Below, in pieces: positions 1 to 19,569 of a stretch of 64,000 nt of DNA (the first letter of the stretch is position 1; every line of letters begins with the position of its first letter). Source of the DNA: the human T2T-CHM13v2.0 reference genome, Homo sapiens; assembly GCF_009914755.1 (NCBI RefSeq), contig NC_060940.1. The stretch is one strand, 5' to 3'. The notes under the pieces were generated by a model. That model had not been told where the DNA came from. It did no database searches and saw only the letters and a program-made list of their open reading frames with translations. The position numbers were made by a program, and so were the translations under genes.

Positions 1-100
1 ATTTTAATTTATTATACTATAAATAACAACAGTTATAACCCAGTCAATAATTTTGAAGAGCGTAAAGAGGTCCTGAGAACAAAAAGTTTGAGAACTACTG
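1..100 (+). mobile_element. hAT-Charlie-type DNA transposon 3' end
   Basis: Ends gaggtcctgagaacaaaaagtttgagaactactg, a typical Charlie/MER terminal inverted repeat. Confidence 0.55.
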
Positions 101-713
101 AGTCAGAGTAACATGCACACGAGCCTCTTTTCCAACAGGAAAAGAAAGCCAGATTCTTATTAACAGAGAATAATTCACACCACTGGTTCCAAAATAGCAA
201 AGCTCTGCAGAGGCTAATACGCTGTGAAGGGGATTAAGTGCTGAATTTTTAGCTAGTCTATTCAATGATGCTGTTTTCCCCTAAGACTCTTAAGGGGTGG
301 AAAAATAAGACAAAACAACAAAACCACCCAAAACTCATGCCTTGGATTTGCCAAATCACTAAACCAATCTTTCCTGAGACTCCAATGCAGTCATGACCTG
401 TATGCAATTGCCCTAACCATGATCACCTCCACCTTGCACTTGGTACCAGTGCCCACCTTCTATCAGATTCTATTTTCCAGGATAACAACCCTAAGCAAAT
501 TTGGAGACATATCAGGTTTTGAATTCAGAGCAAAACGATAACAGCCTCTGGCCCAACAGGGATATGCTTCACTGTCTTCTTGACCAAACCCAATTTATCT
601 GAGTGCCAGTGTTTTATAAGTAACATCTACAGTTTTCAGTGTTTTATTTATTGTGCTATCAAACTTCACATTTGCATTGCTAATGGCTACTCTCCAAAGA
701 AAGCTGAAAATGA

Positions 714-971
<258 letters not shown>

Positions 972-1721
972 CAGATTTTGGTTTCTAATATTACTTTCCA
1001 CTAAAGGAACCAGGAACCTAGATGGGAAATGACTCCATGTCTTGGGGCAAAAAAAAATAAAGACCATTCTGGTATTTTCTAGCACTGCCAGAAAGTAAGA
1101 ATACTTTTCAGACTGCCAGAGTTAGTGTCAAAAGGACAAAGGAATCAGCTCAAAGACAATGCCATTAGCCAATCTATGACAATCTGAGCTTCAAAAAGAA
1201 AATAACTATGGTTAACTGAAGGAAACCGAAACAAAACTAATTTTGTAAAAATAATTTAGCACCAGAGGGTCCAAAACGGGTTTTTGTACATGGAAAGGAA
1301 TACTACCCCTCTTCTTATATCGCATTAACCCCCAATGGGAGCATAAGTTAAAGACAAAAACAGAGCATACATAACAATAACTTTCCTGTGGCTGAATAAA
1401 ATCCCTTCTAGTAGAAATTGTTGAAAATCAAGATAACTGGAAATTTGCCACTAGTTTACCCCAAACCACACAGAATAAGTCTTATTAATAATTGCATTTA
1501 TATTTTATCTCTTAAGATGTTTGATGTGCTTAAAAGAACAAGCTACCTTAATTTATATGTAATATTTAAGCAACGTTAATTTTCAATAGACAAATTTAAC
1601 AACTGACCATTAAACAAACCATAAAAATATTACAGGTAAGATGTTAAAAAGATTCACATAAGAATTCTTTTTTAAAAAGAAATAGTAAGAAACAGCAGTT
1701 GATCTTCCACACCATCTCTAG

Positions 1722-2420
<699 letters not shown>

Positions 2421-4018
2421 CACAAATCAACTTAGGAAGGGATAAACATGTAAAAAACTCAAAGAATTAAAAAAAGTTTTTTTACAATACACAATAGAAC
2501 TGTCAAAAGGCACTTGCACCCTCCATAAATACACTGTAGAAAACAACTCTGAACACATGAACATGTTCTCTCCTTGTCTGGTTTCTTTTTGAATTTCTCA
2601 ACGTCTGTTTCCTCTTTGGGTCCCAGGTTTCCTTGTATTTGTTTTCAGAATTTTATTATTATTTTTCGCTCTCTTCCTTCTCCTATTCTGCTACGGCATG
2701 AGCTGAAAGCGTGTCCTCAGGAAAACAAGCAAAAGAGCCTGTCTTGACCAATAATTCCCATACCTACAGGAAGTCATTTGTACAAAATGAAGGAACTCAG
2801 AAAAACCCAAGAATTCAATGAAGTTATTCATTCGGAGATGCTTTTGCCGCAATCGAATGCTTGCTAGTTCCTAGACTGCATGATCTACACAAATTGGGTA
2901 ATAAGTCAGACGGGACAGTCCTGGGTCAGTACTGTCATTTCCTTTTCCATGTCTGCCCTACAGGCTTCAAGGCCAGGCAAAAAATATCCTTCATACTAAA
3001 AATCAAGTCTCCATACAGATCAGTGGTCTTGCCTATGGCCTATGGTGTAGCATCCTACTTTGGGTAGAAAGGCGGGGCCCAGCTGCACCTCTAGGAGGGC
3101 TGATATCAACACTGTGCTGAAAGGCAAGGGGGGTCAAGTTTAAAGTTCAGCATACTTCTCCTTTGAGGAGTCAACCTCCCGTCTTCCAGGCAAGGCATCC
3201 CTATGTTCTGGGTTTTCCTGGACAGTCTCAACTTTTAATTTTACTTCTAAATGTATAATTACATTTGACTTAAAAAATACTGTCCGAATAGCTATGCTGA
3301 TTTTTGGTTTGGAAAATATGCTCACCATGGCTCAAGAAACCATGTAACATAATAATGCAGCCAATCTCGACCTACAACACAAGCTGTAAGTTAAGGTACC
3401 CTCGAGAACACTACTCTTTCCTCTTCCATTCCTTCAGGTGTTATAAAAGCAAGCCTAAGTTAAAGTTCTATTTCCTAAGAGGGAAAAGAATTGCTTTTCA
3501 ATGCAACTGTAGTTCACGGTGGCCCCTCTTACTAATGACTGCAAAGCTTCTGCCCCACAGTGTTGTTTTATACAGAACAGACACTAATTCTTTTTATAAA
3601 CAATGATATTACATGGAACCAGAAGCGAGAGCAGGAGGCCTATGTACAGACCTCAATGGCTGCAGCAGAAGTTCCAGCTGAGGTTTTGTTATTATGGCAG
3701 TGGCAGATCTTATGGCAATGGAGGGTCTTGCAGCTTAAATAAAAGCAAACTGTTGGCTCCGAAATCCAGATACTTGTCTTCTGATGACCCAGTGGCATGT
3801 GAACTGAGAATACTGAAAGAATCACCACCAGGAAACATATGTAAGCATTTGGCCAACTTCATTCAGACATAAGCGTTAAGTTAGTACAACGCTCTTTACT
3901 CTGGCACTGGAGTCAGGTTTGACAAATCCAACATGGTCTTTAAAAAAAAATGCTATTTTGTTTTTCTATAGAAAAATGTAACAACCAAAGAATGACAAAG
4001 AAATCTTTGAAATAGTAA

Positions 4019-4562
<544 letters not shown>

Positions 4563-4586
4563 TGATAGGAGTTTCCCAAAGATCCT

Positions 4587-4716
4587 CATTCATTCATTCA
4601 ATAAATATTTACTAACAAACTATTATGAACCAAGTACTGAACTGAGACAAGCGAGCAAAACAGATTTGATTCACGCCCTCAGGAAGTTAATAGTCTAGTG
4701 GGGGAGAAAAGAGGTG

Positions 4717-4754
<38 letters not shown>

Positions 4755-4850
4755 CCATGCAATTACAAATTGAGGTAAGTGCTACAGAAAAGAATTAGGG
4801 GCTGTGAAGGTTCATACTAGTGGGAACCTAATTTAGATTGGAGATGTGTC
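4587..4850 (-). mobile_element. L2 LINE 3' end
   Basis: cattcattcattcaataaatatttact...tagtctagtggggga is the reverse complement of the L2 tail. Confidence 0.75.
4719..4753. repeat. (AC)17 microsatellite
   Basis: Perfect dinucleotide run. Confidence 0.95.
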
Positions 4851-4902
4851 CTCTGAGGTACTTCTCCCCTCTAGATCTATGTGTTTAAAGTGAAATTAAA
4901 AA

Positions 4903-4940
4903 AACAAAACAAAACAAACAAACAAACAAACAAACAAAAA
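4903..4940. repeat. (AAAAC)/(AAAC)n microsatellite
   Basis: Seen directly in the sequence. Confidence 0.85.
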
Positions 4941-5165
4941 CTATTACTTTAAGCACCTTTCTGCCAGAAAGAAAATAAGGGCTTTATTTAACAATTCACT
5001 TTTTAAAAAAATGGTATTAATGTACCAAGTAAAATACTCAAAAGGTATTTTAAAATAAGCCTCCATTCTACCCTTTGCTGTCTTTTAGCTACCAAATTCC
5101 CCTTTCCCCAAGACCAACACTGTTCTTAGCTGCTTGAGTATCCTTCCAGAGATATATTAAACCTG

Positions 5166-5660
5166 CAGTTCTCAGTGTGGTTCAGGGACCCCAGAGAGAT
5201 GGGAGATTTTTTTCAGGGAGCTGAAAAGGTTAAAGCTATTTTCATGACAACACGAAGACATTATTTGCCTTCTTCTCTTGTATTCTGTCACAAGTGGATT
5301 TTTCCAGAGGCTACATGGTGGGTGACGGTGTTATTGCTCTGACAGCTAATGGAATGTGTGAAGAAGATGCAGAGTCAGCTATCTTCAATGAAGACAGATA
5401 TTTAAAAGATTTGTAAAAATGTAAAACAATGCCACTCTTCTCACAACATTTTTTTATATTGGAAAATATACTTATTTTTCACAAAAATATGCTACTTATG
5501 TTAACATGTAATGAGTTTACCACTGTTATTTGAAAATAAGTTAATGTTTTAAATTTCTCAGTTTTAATTTCTACTACTGTAAATATCAATAGGTATTAAG
5601 GGCTCTTTGGAGTCTTCAATCATTGATATGGATATAAAGAAGTCCTCAGACCAAAGAGTT
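5166..5660 (+). mobile_element. hAT-Charlie-family non-autonomous DNA transposon
   Basis: Starts cagttctcagtgtggt, has internal ttttccagaggctacatg and aaaatgtaaaacaatgccactcttctcac, ends gtcctcagaccaaagagtt. Confidence 0.6.
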
Positions 5661-6339
5661 AAACATTTATAAATGTATGTCAAGTGCTAAACACTGGCCA
5701 TTAACTGCATCATTCTGGTGGATGTTTTTTAGTGTATTTTAAATAGATGGGTGCTGAGAAGGAAACCAAGTTACTTATTTGTGACTATAATGTGTTGTGG
5801 ATTATTTGGCTATCAACACGACACGAATTTCACCATGGTGACTGGCTAGTTGTTTTTCCATAGCATCTTAAATATTTGGTATATTAATATGTGGAGTTAC
5901 TCTAAGCCCATAAACAGCTTACAAATCAGAAAGTAATTATAAATTTTATGTGATAACTGAAGTTGAATGGCAAGGTTAAATACATCTGTGTTAAGTCAAA
6001 AAAGAAGCTATTATTAAATGGAATAACATAGTAATAAAGCAGCTTTTTGGGACTAACCCTCCCTCAGACAGATAACAACTATATACTCTGGCCAATACAT
6101 AGAAAACTCTTGCCTATTTGAAGGCACTGGAGAGCAACCAAAGCCAGGCAGAAATTGGAGTGGATTCAACCTTTGAGAGAAGGGGACTGACTGTGTGAGA
6201 TTAGTCAGTCTCTGTGGCACAGACGGACTAAAACTTAAGCAGAAAGATGCTTCTCCATGGGTTATGGAGACAGTACTAAGTCTGGCTGTCAGAACAGCTG
6301 GAAAGTGAGGGAGGAAGCCCCAACTCAATAAGATACACA

Positions 6340-6500
6340 GTCAGGCATAGTAGCCAGTGCTTGTAGCACTAGCTACTCAGGAGGCTAGGGTGGGAGGATC
6401 ACTTGAGGCCAGGAGGATCACTTGAGGCCGCTGTGCCTCACTATACTCCAGCTTGGGCAATACAGTGAAACCCTGTCTCAAAAAAACAAACAAAAAACCA
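6340..6500 (+). mobile_element. Alu monomer/fragment with internal tandem duplication
   Basis: ggaggatcacttgaggcc occurs at 6393-6410 and again at 6412-6429. A-rich tail. Confidence 0.8.
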
Positions 6501-6514
6501 AAGAAGACATACAA

Positions 6515-8010
<1,496 letters not shown>

Positions 8011-8060
8011 TCCCCACCACCACCCAAAAACCTGTTTAAAACAATAGAAAAATTTAGGGA

Positions 8061-8216
8061 GAGTATTAGGAAAAATAGCTAATGCGTGCTGGGTTTAATA
8101 CCTAGGTGGTGGATGGGTTGACAGGTGCAGCAAACCACTATGGCACACATGTACCTATGTAACAAACCTGCACATTCTGCACATGTACTCCAGAACTAAA
8201 AAAAAAAAAAAAAAAA
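8061..8216 (+). mobile_element. 5'-truncated L1PA 3' end (~150 bp)
   Basis: gcagcaaaccactatggcacacatgtacctatgtaacaaacctgcacattctgcacatgtac followed by poly-A. Confidence 0.85.
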
Positions 8217-8278
8217 ATTGCTAGGGATAAGGGGGCAGGGTGGGAGAGATAAAATGAGACTTAAAAGACTTAACAGTC

Positions 8279-8882
<604 letters not shown>

Positions 8883-9660
8883 GATTTAACGGTCAAATGG
8901 AATATGTGGACCTTGTTTACATCCTGACTCAAGGAAAGTAGCTACAACAAAAAACTTATGATACAATTAAGGAAATATGAACACTGACTAAATACTGGAT
9001 ATCAAGAAATTATTATTATTTTTAGATGTAATAATGGTAATTGCTTTTAAAAGAATACTTTTAAGAGATATACACTTAAATATTTACAGCTAAAATCACA
9101 GCACGTTAAAGTTTTGCTTCAAAATATTCAGTGGAGGTTTTGGTGGTGGAGTGGATGGAGAGCTATCATAGATGATGTAAAATGGGACATGTGTTAAGTA
9201 CTGAAGATTGGTTACATGCACATGGAGAGATTCATTATGCTAGTCTCTCTACTGTATGAAATTTTCCACAATAAAAAATAAAAGGGGTATAGTAATGTCT
9301 ACCCGCAAAGATTTGAGTATTCAACTTGATAACACATATAAAGGATTTAATATAAAAGATTGGCAAAATATTGATAACTGTTGAAGTTTAGTGATGGGTA
9401 CAGGGATTCATTATACCTTACACTTTACTTTTGTGTGTAGGTCTGATATTTTCTTTCTTTTTTTTTTTTAGACAGGGTCTCACTCTGTCAGCCTCAACCT
9501 CCTAGGCTCACGCAATCCTCCCACTTCAGCATTCTGAGTACTACAGGCACGTGCCACTACGCCCAGCTAATCTGTGCATTTTTTGTAGAGATGGAGTTTC
9601 GCCATGTGCCCAGGCTGCTGCAATTTTTCATAATAAAAAGTTGTTTGTTTGTTTTTTTTT
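8883..9660 (+). mobile_element. L1ME/L1MC 3' UTR relics with a minus Alu monomer (9451-9617)
   Basis: gtgatgggtacagggattcattatac-type L1M 3' UTR motifs. Confidence 0.55.
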
Positions 9661-10038
9661 AAGGAGTCTGATACTTACACATTTTCATTGTGGGTATCAG
9701 TACTTTCCTTTTTACATTTTTCAATAACTTAAAGAAAGTAAGGATAAAATGGAATAAAATATTCCAATACTTGCACAAACATGTCTTGCTTTATGAAGAC
9801 CAAAACATTTATGTGGCCAATCAGCTAATGTATCAAATTCAAGGTTTGGTTAAAAATAGGCACATCAGAAATGTAAGTGTAATATGTGTAAATGAGTTGC
9901 TCAAAAGTCCAAAGTAAATACAGTCCTCCTCTGCTCAGTATAGTTTTTGAACGTAAATAAGACTGATTTCGTCAGGCATAGGAGAAATTATTTTCATTTA
10001 GGGAATAATAAAAAAAGTAGCTTAAAATACATATTGCA

Positions 10039-10170
10039 GGCCAGGCGCAGTAGCTCATGCCTGTAATCCAAGCACTTTAGGAGGTCAAGGCAGTATTGCT
10101 TGAGCCCAGGAGTTCAAGACTAGCCTTAGCAATATAGCAAAAGTTCGCTTCAAAAAAAAAAAAAACAAAA
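10039..10170 (+). mobile_element. FLAM/Alu left monomer
   Basis: ggccaggcgcagtagctcatgcctgtaatcc...ttgagcccaggagttcaagac followed by an A tail. Confidence 0.85.
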
Positions 10171-10519
10171 CAACCCACAAAAAAACAAAAAGCCAAAAAA
10201 CCCGCACACTGCTATACAGAATTCTAGCTAGATGCAGGCTTCTGCTTTAACTATTATATACATTTAGACACATGGCTTCGCAGTAGGTTGCCTATTTATT
10301 CTCCAATAATCTAAACAGTGTATTGACAGAGACGTATGTGTCCACACTTGTTTCTTCTGATGAAACTGGAAAAGCAATTTGCAAATCTGTCTACCAGAAA
10401 CAAAGAAAACTAAGTAAGACCAGATTATTCTCTAGTGCTCAGAGTCTCAACAGCAGGTTAAGGAACCAGAGTTTCCAAACTGGCCTCCTTTTGTTTGACC
10501 AACACTTTACTTACTTACT

Positions 10520-11657
<1,138 letters not shown>

Positions 11658-11868
11658 TTAAAGATCCATTTGCAGAAATCAACTCACTTGCAAAAGGACT
11701 TGCTTACTACAAAATTCAGGTTGGGATCTATCTCACTTTGTTAGTTTATTCATTTATCAAATATGCCCTATATGAGCATATACTGTGCCAAGTGCAGAAA
11801 AAAGCCAATTCCAGAATTGTAAAAAACAAACTATCACATGTTCACGTGGACTTCACTGTAGTGTTCCG

Positions 11869-12060
11869 CAGGGTTTCTTAACTTGGGAACTACTAACATT
11901 TTGAATAAGCCAATTCTTTGTTTCGAGCTGTCCTTTGTACCGCAGGATGTTTAGCAGCATCTCAAACTTTTTACCCTCTAAATGCCAGTAGCATCCCCTG
12001 CCTTGCCCAGGTTATACAACCAGAAATGTCTCTAGACACTGCCAAAAGTCCCCTAGGACA
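11869..12060 (-). mobile_element. MER20 (hAT-Charlie)
   Basis: cagggtttcttaac...gcaggatgtttagcagcatc...tgccagtagca...aatgtctctagacactgcc. Confidence 0.75.
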
Positions 12061-12719
12061 AATACAAGTTAAAACATTTTAAGTAATGTCAACATAATAT
12101 GATACAATTTCATAATTAATTATATATCTCTCTCTAAAGATGATTAAACACTGGCTAATGTCTTAAGTAAATAAAACTGTGGAGATTAAAATAGTGATGT
12201 CAAAGCAGATTAAGAAACCTGAATGGGGGGCGAGGTTAAAAAAACTGAACAAAGTTCTTATATATTCAAATGTTTTTTAAAAACTAACCTTAAGCGTTTT
12301 GGTTAAGCTTCCTTTGTAGTTGGGAAATTCCTGTTCTGCTAATTCAGGCTCTTTTCTAAAAACAGGTTTATATATTTTAGTACATAAAAATATTACTATA
12401 GCCTAACATTCATAGGAAGAATCTCTTGGTCTTTTCTGAGAACCTCTCAAGTGTTTTGTTACATATTAGAATAATCAGAGGAAAGAAAAGTAAGTGAATT
12501 TCAGTCTTGGTGTATTCTCCTCCAACTCAAAGGTTTCATTTAGTAGGAAGAGGATGAAAATGTTGATTAAATCTATATACGTTTTTAATAGTTTTAAGTT
12601 TCATTTATTTGTTAAGTCTACTGTTTCCTTGATGATTTTATAATTTCCTTGTCCTAATACGAACTAGTAAGTGAAGATCAACCTTGTTATTTAAAATAGG
12701 GAAAAGGGAAAAACTACTA

Positions 12720-12840
12720 ATTTTCATTGAGTCCTTCTGTGCCAGGAACTGTACTGACACCTTATCTCATTTCATTCTCAAAACAGCTCTATGAAGTAGG
12801 AATTATGATCCCTATTTTACAGCTAAAAGAATTAAGTAAA
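12720..12840 (-). mobile_element. MIR SINE
   Basis: tctcatttcattctcaaaacagctctatgaagtagg...cctattttacag core. Confidence 0.65.
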
Positions 12841-14421
12841 ACTATTATTTGCACCAGGCAATCCTGTTCAAGTCAAAAGCATATATAATACTCTACCTAT
12901 TTCTAAAAAAGGAGCCAGCAATAACCATGACAGCTTTCTCTTCCCTATACTGTAAAATATAAGAAGTCCAAAGTAATAGCTATAAGAAGGGTTTTAATCT
13001 GAAGAGTTTGACAGAGAACTAAGAATCCCCAAATAATCAAAAAGAAAAACTCATCACATCTAGTGGTAACAAAATTCGGATATATATGGTTTTCATATCT
13101 GTTCATGAATAACTCAACAATGGGCAGCAAAAACACACCCACAATTTCAAGACTCTGGCCAGGAGTGCTGACCAGCCTCAATAAAATGTCAGCTTGCTGC
13201 CAAAGGATCCAGATCAGTGGAATTGTCCAGTTCTCTAAGGAGACAATGCAGAGTTGCCTGCAGACTGGTTCTGAAATCGAACCAGAACTAGACTTAAAAA
13301 CAAAAAGCAGATCAATCTCTAGGCATCAAATTTCTTCTTCCTGAAAGAATAAACAGAAAACCTAAGTGAGTTATTCTAGCTGTACCTCAATCCAGGGTTT
13401 AGTCTGGAAGCCAATCTACTTGCTCAACTGTTTGCAAAGTTCATTCAACTCTTCCTCCCAGGTTTTGTTTCATGAGAGAAAAATAAAACCATCATCTTTT
13501 GGCAAGATGGAGTATTAACTTTTCTCCTGGTATTGCTGTCACTCACAGTTAAAAGAAAATGCACGCACACACAAATACATACCCTTTAAATGTCTAATTT
13601 AAATCCTAAATAACCCAGAGTACATGTGAGGGAGGAGAAAATAAAAGCCTTAGCAAGGAATATTTTAGTTCCAAAATTCTAAAGGCAAACTGCTAACTGA
13701 AAAGGGAAATTAACTTTATCAACTGTAAAAGAAAAAAATTCAACATCTTGTTGTTTTAAAGGAGTTCCCCGGCATGGAAGCAGATCATACACTTGATTCC
13801 TGATGCAGGAACTGAAACAACTCTGGCCCAGAGATAAAAGGGTGACAATTTGCTTGACACACCTATGCTGGAGCAGCTACTCCCATCTGTCTACTTTCCC
13901 TCCTTCCCCTAAAAGCTACTTAAGTCTCGGTTTATCCAGTTACATGTGCTAAGTGAAAAGAAGGCATAATTCCCAAGCCACGTTTTTGGAAATAACATGG
14001 TGACCCATTTCAACACTTACACACACAGATGTTAAATTAGCCAAAGTATATTTAAATAATCTCATCTCATTCATTCTTGCTAATGCTCATAGATTCATTA
14101 TCGTATTGGACTTTCTTCCCACAAAATGACTGGCCTTATACCAAGTTTTATAAATATTAAAAAGGTTGTTTTGTACTAAAAAAGAAAATAACTGGAGGAG
14201 AGGGAAGCTTCTCAAAAGAACTTTCACATGGTGGGTAATATAAATGTCGCTAAGATAAGATACACAACGCTGGATTCTTTTTCTCTGTGACCCCTGCCCA
14301 CCCCCCATTCTACCTAAACTCACTGTGTAACTAATCATGAACAAAAGAGAGGCACAGTTTGAATTTCAGCTAGAGATACACACTGTATTCAAAGGGTTTG
14401 CTTCCCTAAAGACTGTATTCT

Positions 14422-14498
14422 TTTTATTTTTATTTATTTATTTTGGTATGAACGGGGTCTCCCTATGTTGCCCTGGCTGGTCTGAAACTCCTGGCTAC
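14422..14498 (-). mobile_element. Very short 5'-truncated FLAM/Alu monomer with perfect TSD
   Basis: TSD aagactgtattct at 14409-14421 and 14499-14511. About 50 nt of monomer 3' end plus tail. Confidence 0.8.
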
Positions 14499-14735
14499 AA
14501 GACTGTATTCTGCTCTAGATACGAAGCCATTTTGTCCTTTACAAGGGAAGCCTTGACTTCCTCTACACAATTTACTAATCCTAATTGTAATAAGCATTTC
14601 CATTTGAGAAAAAAATTCTGGTAGGAATTGTATCATCTTTCTAAACATGAGGCAATCTTTACAAACATACTGTTTCTCAGAAAGAAAATGATAAAAAACC
14701 TAAATGTCTGTATAGGGAGTTAGTTTTGAAAATTA

Positions 14736-15030
<295 letters not shown>

Positions 15031-15279
15031 TATAGAATATTCAAAGTAGAACACTATACTAGCCATTAACAAGAATCAGATAAATGTATAGGCAATAAGA
15101 TGAAATATGTTAGTATATGTATTTTTGTATTTTCAAGCAAAAAATACAAACTTCAGGAAAATAGGCTTAGATTACTCCATTTATATAAATAAAAAACACT
15201 TATATGTGAACAGAAAAGTATCTCATACAGATACACATTCATATACATAGATTACTAAATGCTTAGGGAAAGGTCTAGG

Positions 15280-15724
15280 ACAGAGCTGTCAAATAGAAAT
15301 AAAATGGGCGGGGCATAGTGGCTCACACCTGTAGTCCCAGCACTTTGGGAGGCTGAGAAGGGAGGATCAGTTGATCCCCGGAGTTTGAGACCAGCCTGGG
15401 CAACATAGTGAGACCCCATCTCTTAAAAAAAAAACACACAGAAATAAAATGGGAACCACATACCTAGTTTAAAAACATATTTTAGCCCTATTAAATATAA
15501 AAAGAAACAACTGAAATTGTTTTTAATACATTTAACCCAATATGTCAGAAATGTTACTGTTTCAACAATGGAACTGAAATAAAAATTGACTGCTTATTTT
15601 TTCTTACTAATTCTTCAAAATTTAGTGTGTATTTATACCTATAGCACATCTCAATTCAGACTGGTGGCATTTCAAGTGTTCAACAGCCACATATAGCTAG
15701 TGACTACTCTACTGAACAGTGGAG
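15280..15724. mobile_element. MER33-like hAT transposon interrupted by a FLAM (15306-15435)
   Basis: cagagctgtcaaatagaaat...atagcacatctcaattcagact...catttcaagtgttcaacagccaca. FLAM TSD agaaataaaatgg. Confidence 0.75.
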
Positions 15725-15839
15725 ACCTTACAAAAACCCCACCAAATTATTAACTTTCATTTTGTCTTCTATATCTCTGTGTTGCTTGAATTTTTAGAAG
15801 AACACGCATATATTGCTTCTATGTTTCTAAAAAAAAAAA

Positions 15840-17975
<2,136 letters not shown>

Positions 17976-19289
17976 CCCTGTGATAATGAACCTACCTCCT
18001 GCCATAAAAGTCAAATGCTATGGGAACCAAAAAGCAGTTCTTAATGAATGCTGTTTGATACATGATGAATAGATGAATACATGAAGACTGAGAAAATATT
18101 GAAGTGTGGAGTATAATTATCATTAAAATGCTCTCCATCATTCTTCTACCACTATATTGGTGTGAGTCCACACAAATCTCTTCAATTTATTGACCAATCA
18201 CAATTAAGATGATATCCTTGTCTCTCTGAAATCCTGCTCTATTTATAACTCAACTCTTTCTTGAATATTTCCAATGAATGTCCATATAACAAGCTTTCCA
18301 GCTGAAGTAACAAAAGAAATCAAGAAAAGAAAAAGGTGGCAAAGAAGAAACTAAATGTGAGAGAAGATATGAAAAAGACTCCTTGTGTTCAAGTACTATC
18401 TAGTCAATTTAGTTCCAAAGGAAGAAAAACATGAAGTCACTAAATATGCTCCTAGTTGAAGGTCAGGGAAACCACTCAGAAAGGCCAACAGTTTACTTCT
18501 CCACTTCTCCAGGTTCACTCAGTTCTATTGTGTTCTCATAGGCAGTAAAAACCAAAAGAAAATCATCCAAAGCAACAAACATGCAGTTGCCCCAAACTGC
18601 CTTAGCAATAAATAGAATTTCATGCTGAGTGGCAGACTGTTTAGCTCACATTCCTGTAACGTCCCCTACATCTATTTCACGCAGCAACTTCGCTAGCAGT
18701 CACCAGCCACAGCCTGAACACTGTAGTAACAGGGCACATTATACATCAAAATCCCTTAGATACATTTTAACCCAGCATCTATGGTAGAAAACAACCAAGA
18801 GTTTCTTGTTATCCACAAGGCAAGCCAAAGTTAAGTGCAGGAAAGGCTGAGGGAATACCATGTGCTTCCTTTCTGACTGGAAAACAAGGCTTCCAGGCAA
18901 CACAGCAGGGTTTCTGTGCACTCTGACAGGGATGTGCGTTGTAAGCTGCATTGCTATGGAAACAACACTTCTACAACTAGAGGACAAGTCAACCTGAAAT
19001 AAAGGAAATAGCAGGAATTGCAAAATAGGTCTTGTGGAATGAGTAAGGAGCATCTCACATGTCTCTGCTTGAACTATGGCATGATTAAGCTGAAATAAAA
19101 TGTCATTCCAATCATATAACAGACATTTACAGTCTGTTTCTGGGGTCAGCTACTTGCTGAACACAAGCTATGAAACCAAAACCACCCTGCTTTTAAGATG
19201 AAAACTGACAAAATATGCAAAACTAAAAGGATAAGAACTAAATTTCCACAGATCAAAGTTTTAAAAAATGGTGATCATTAATAAAAGCT

Positions 19290-19460
19290 ATTCATTTACT
19301 CCTTAATCAAATACTATAAATTATTTGCCACGTACCAGGCTGGACACATACAAAAAAGACAAAATCTACGCCTTCAAGCTCACAGCGTAGTGATGGAGAC
19401 TAAGGTGTAAAACTGACGATGAGGGAGTATGGGATAGTTAGTGCTACAATAAAGGCTATT
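19290..19460 (-). mobile_element. L2 fragment
   Basis: attcatttactc...gccttcaagctcacagcgtagtg...gtgctacaataaagg. Confidence 0.5.
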
Positions 19461-19569
19461 AAACAAATGCAGTTGCAAAGGGGTAGTAGTTAGAGTTTAG
19501 TGCAAGACACAGACACTGACTGGCCGACAAAAAAGGAATTTATTTAAAAGATATTGGGGTAAAAACAAA

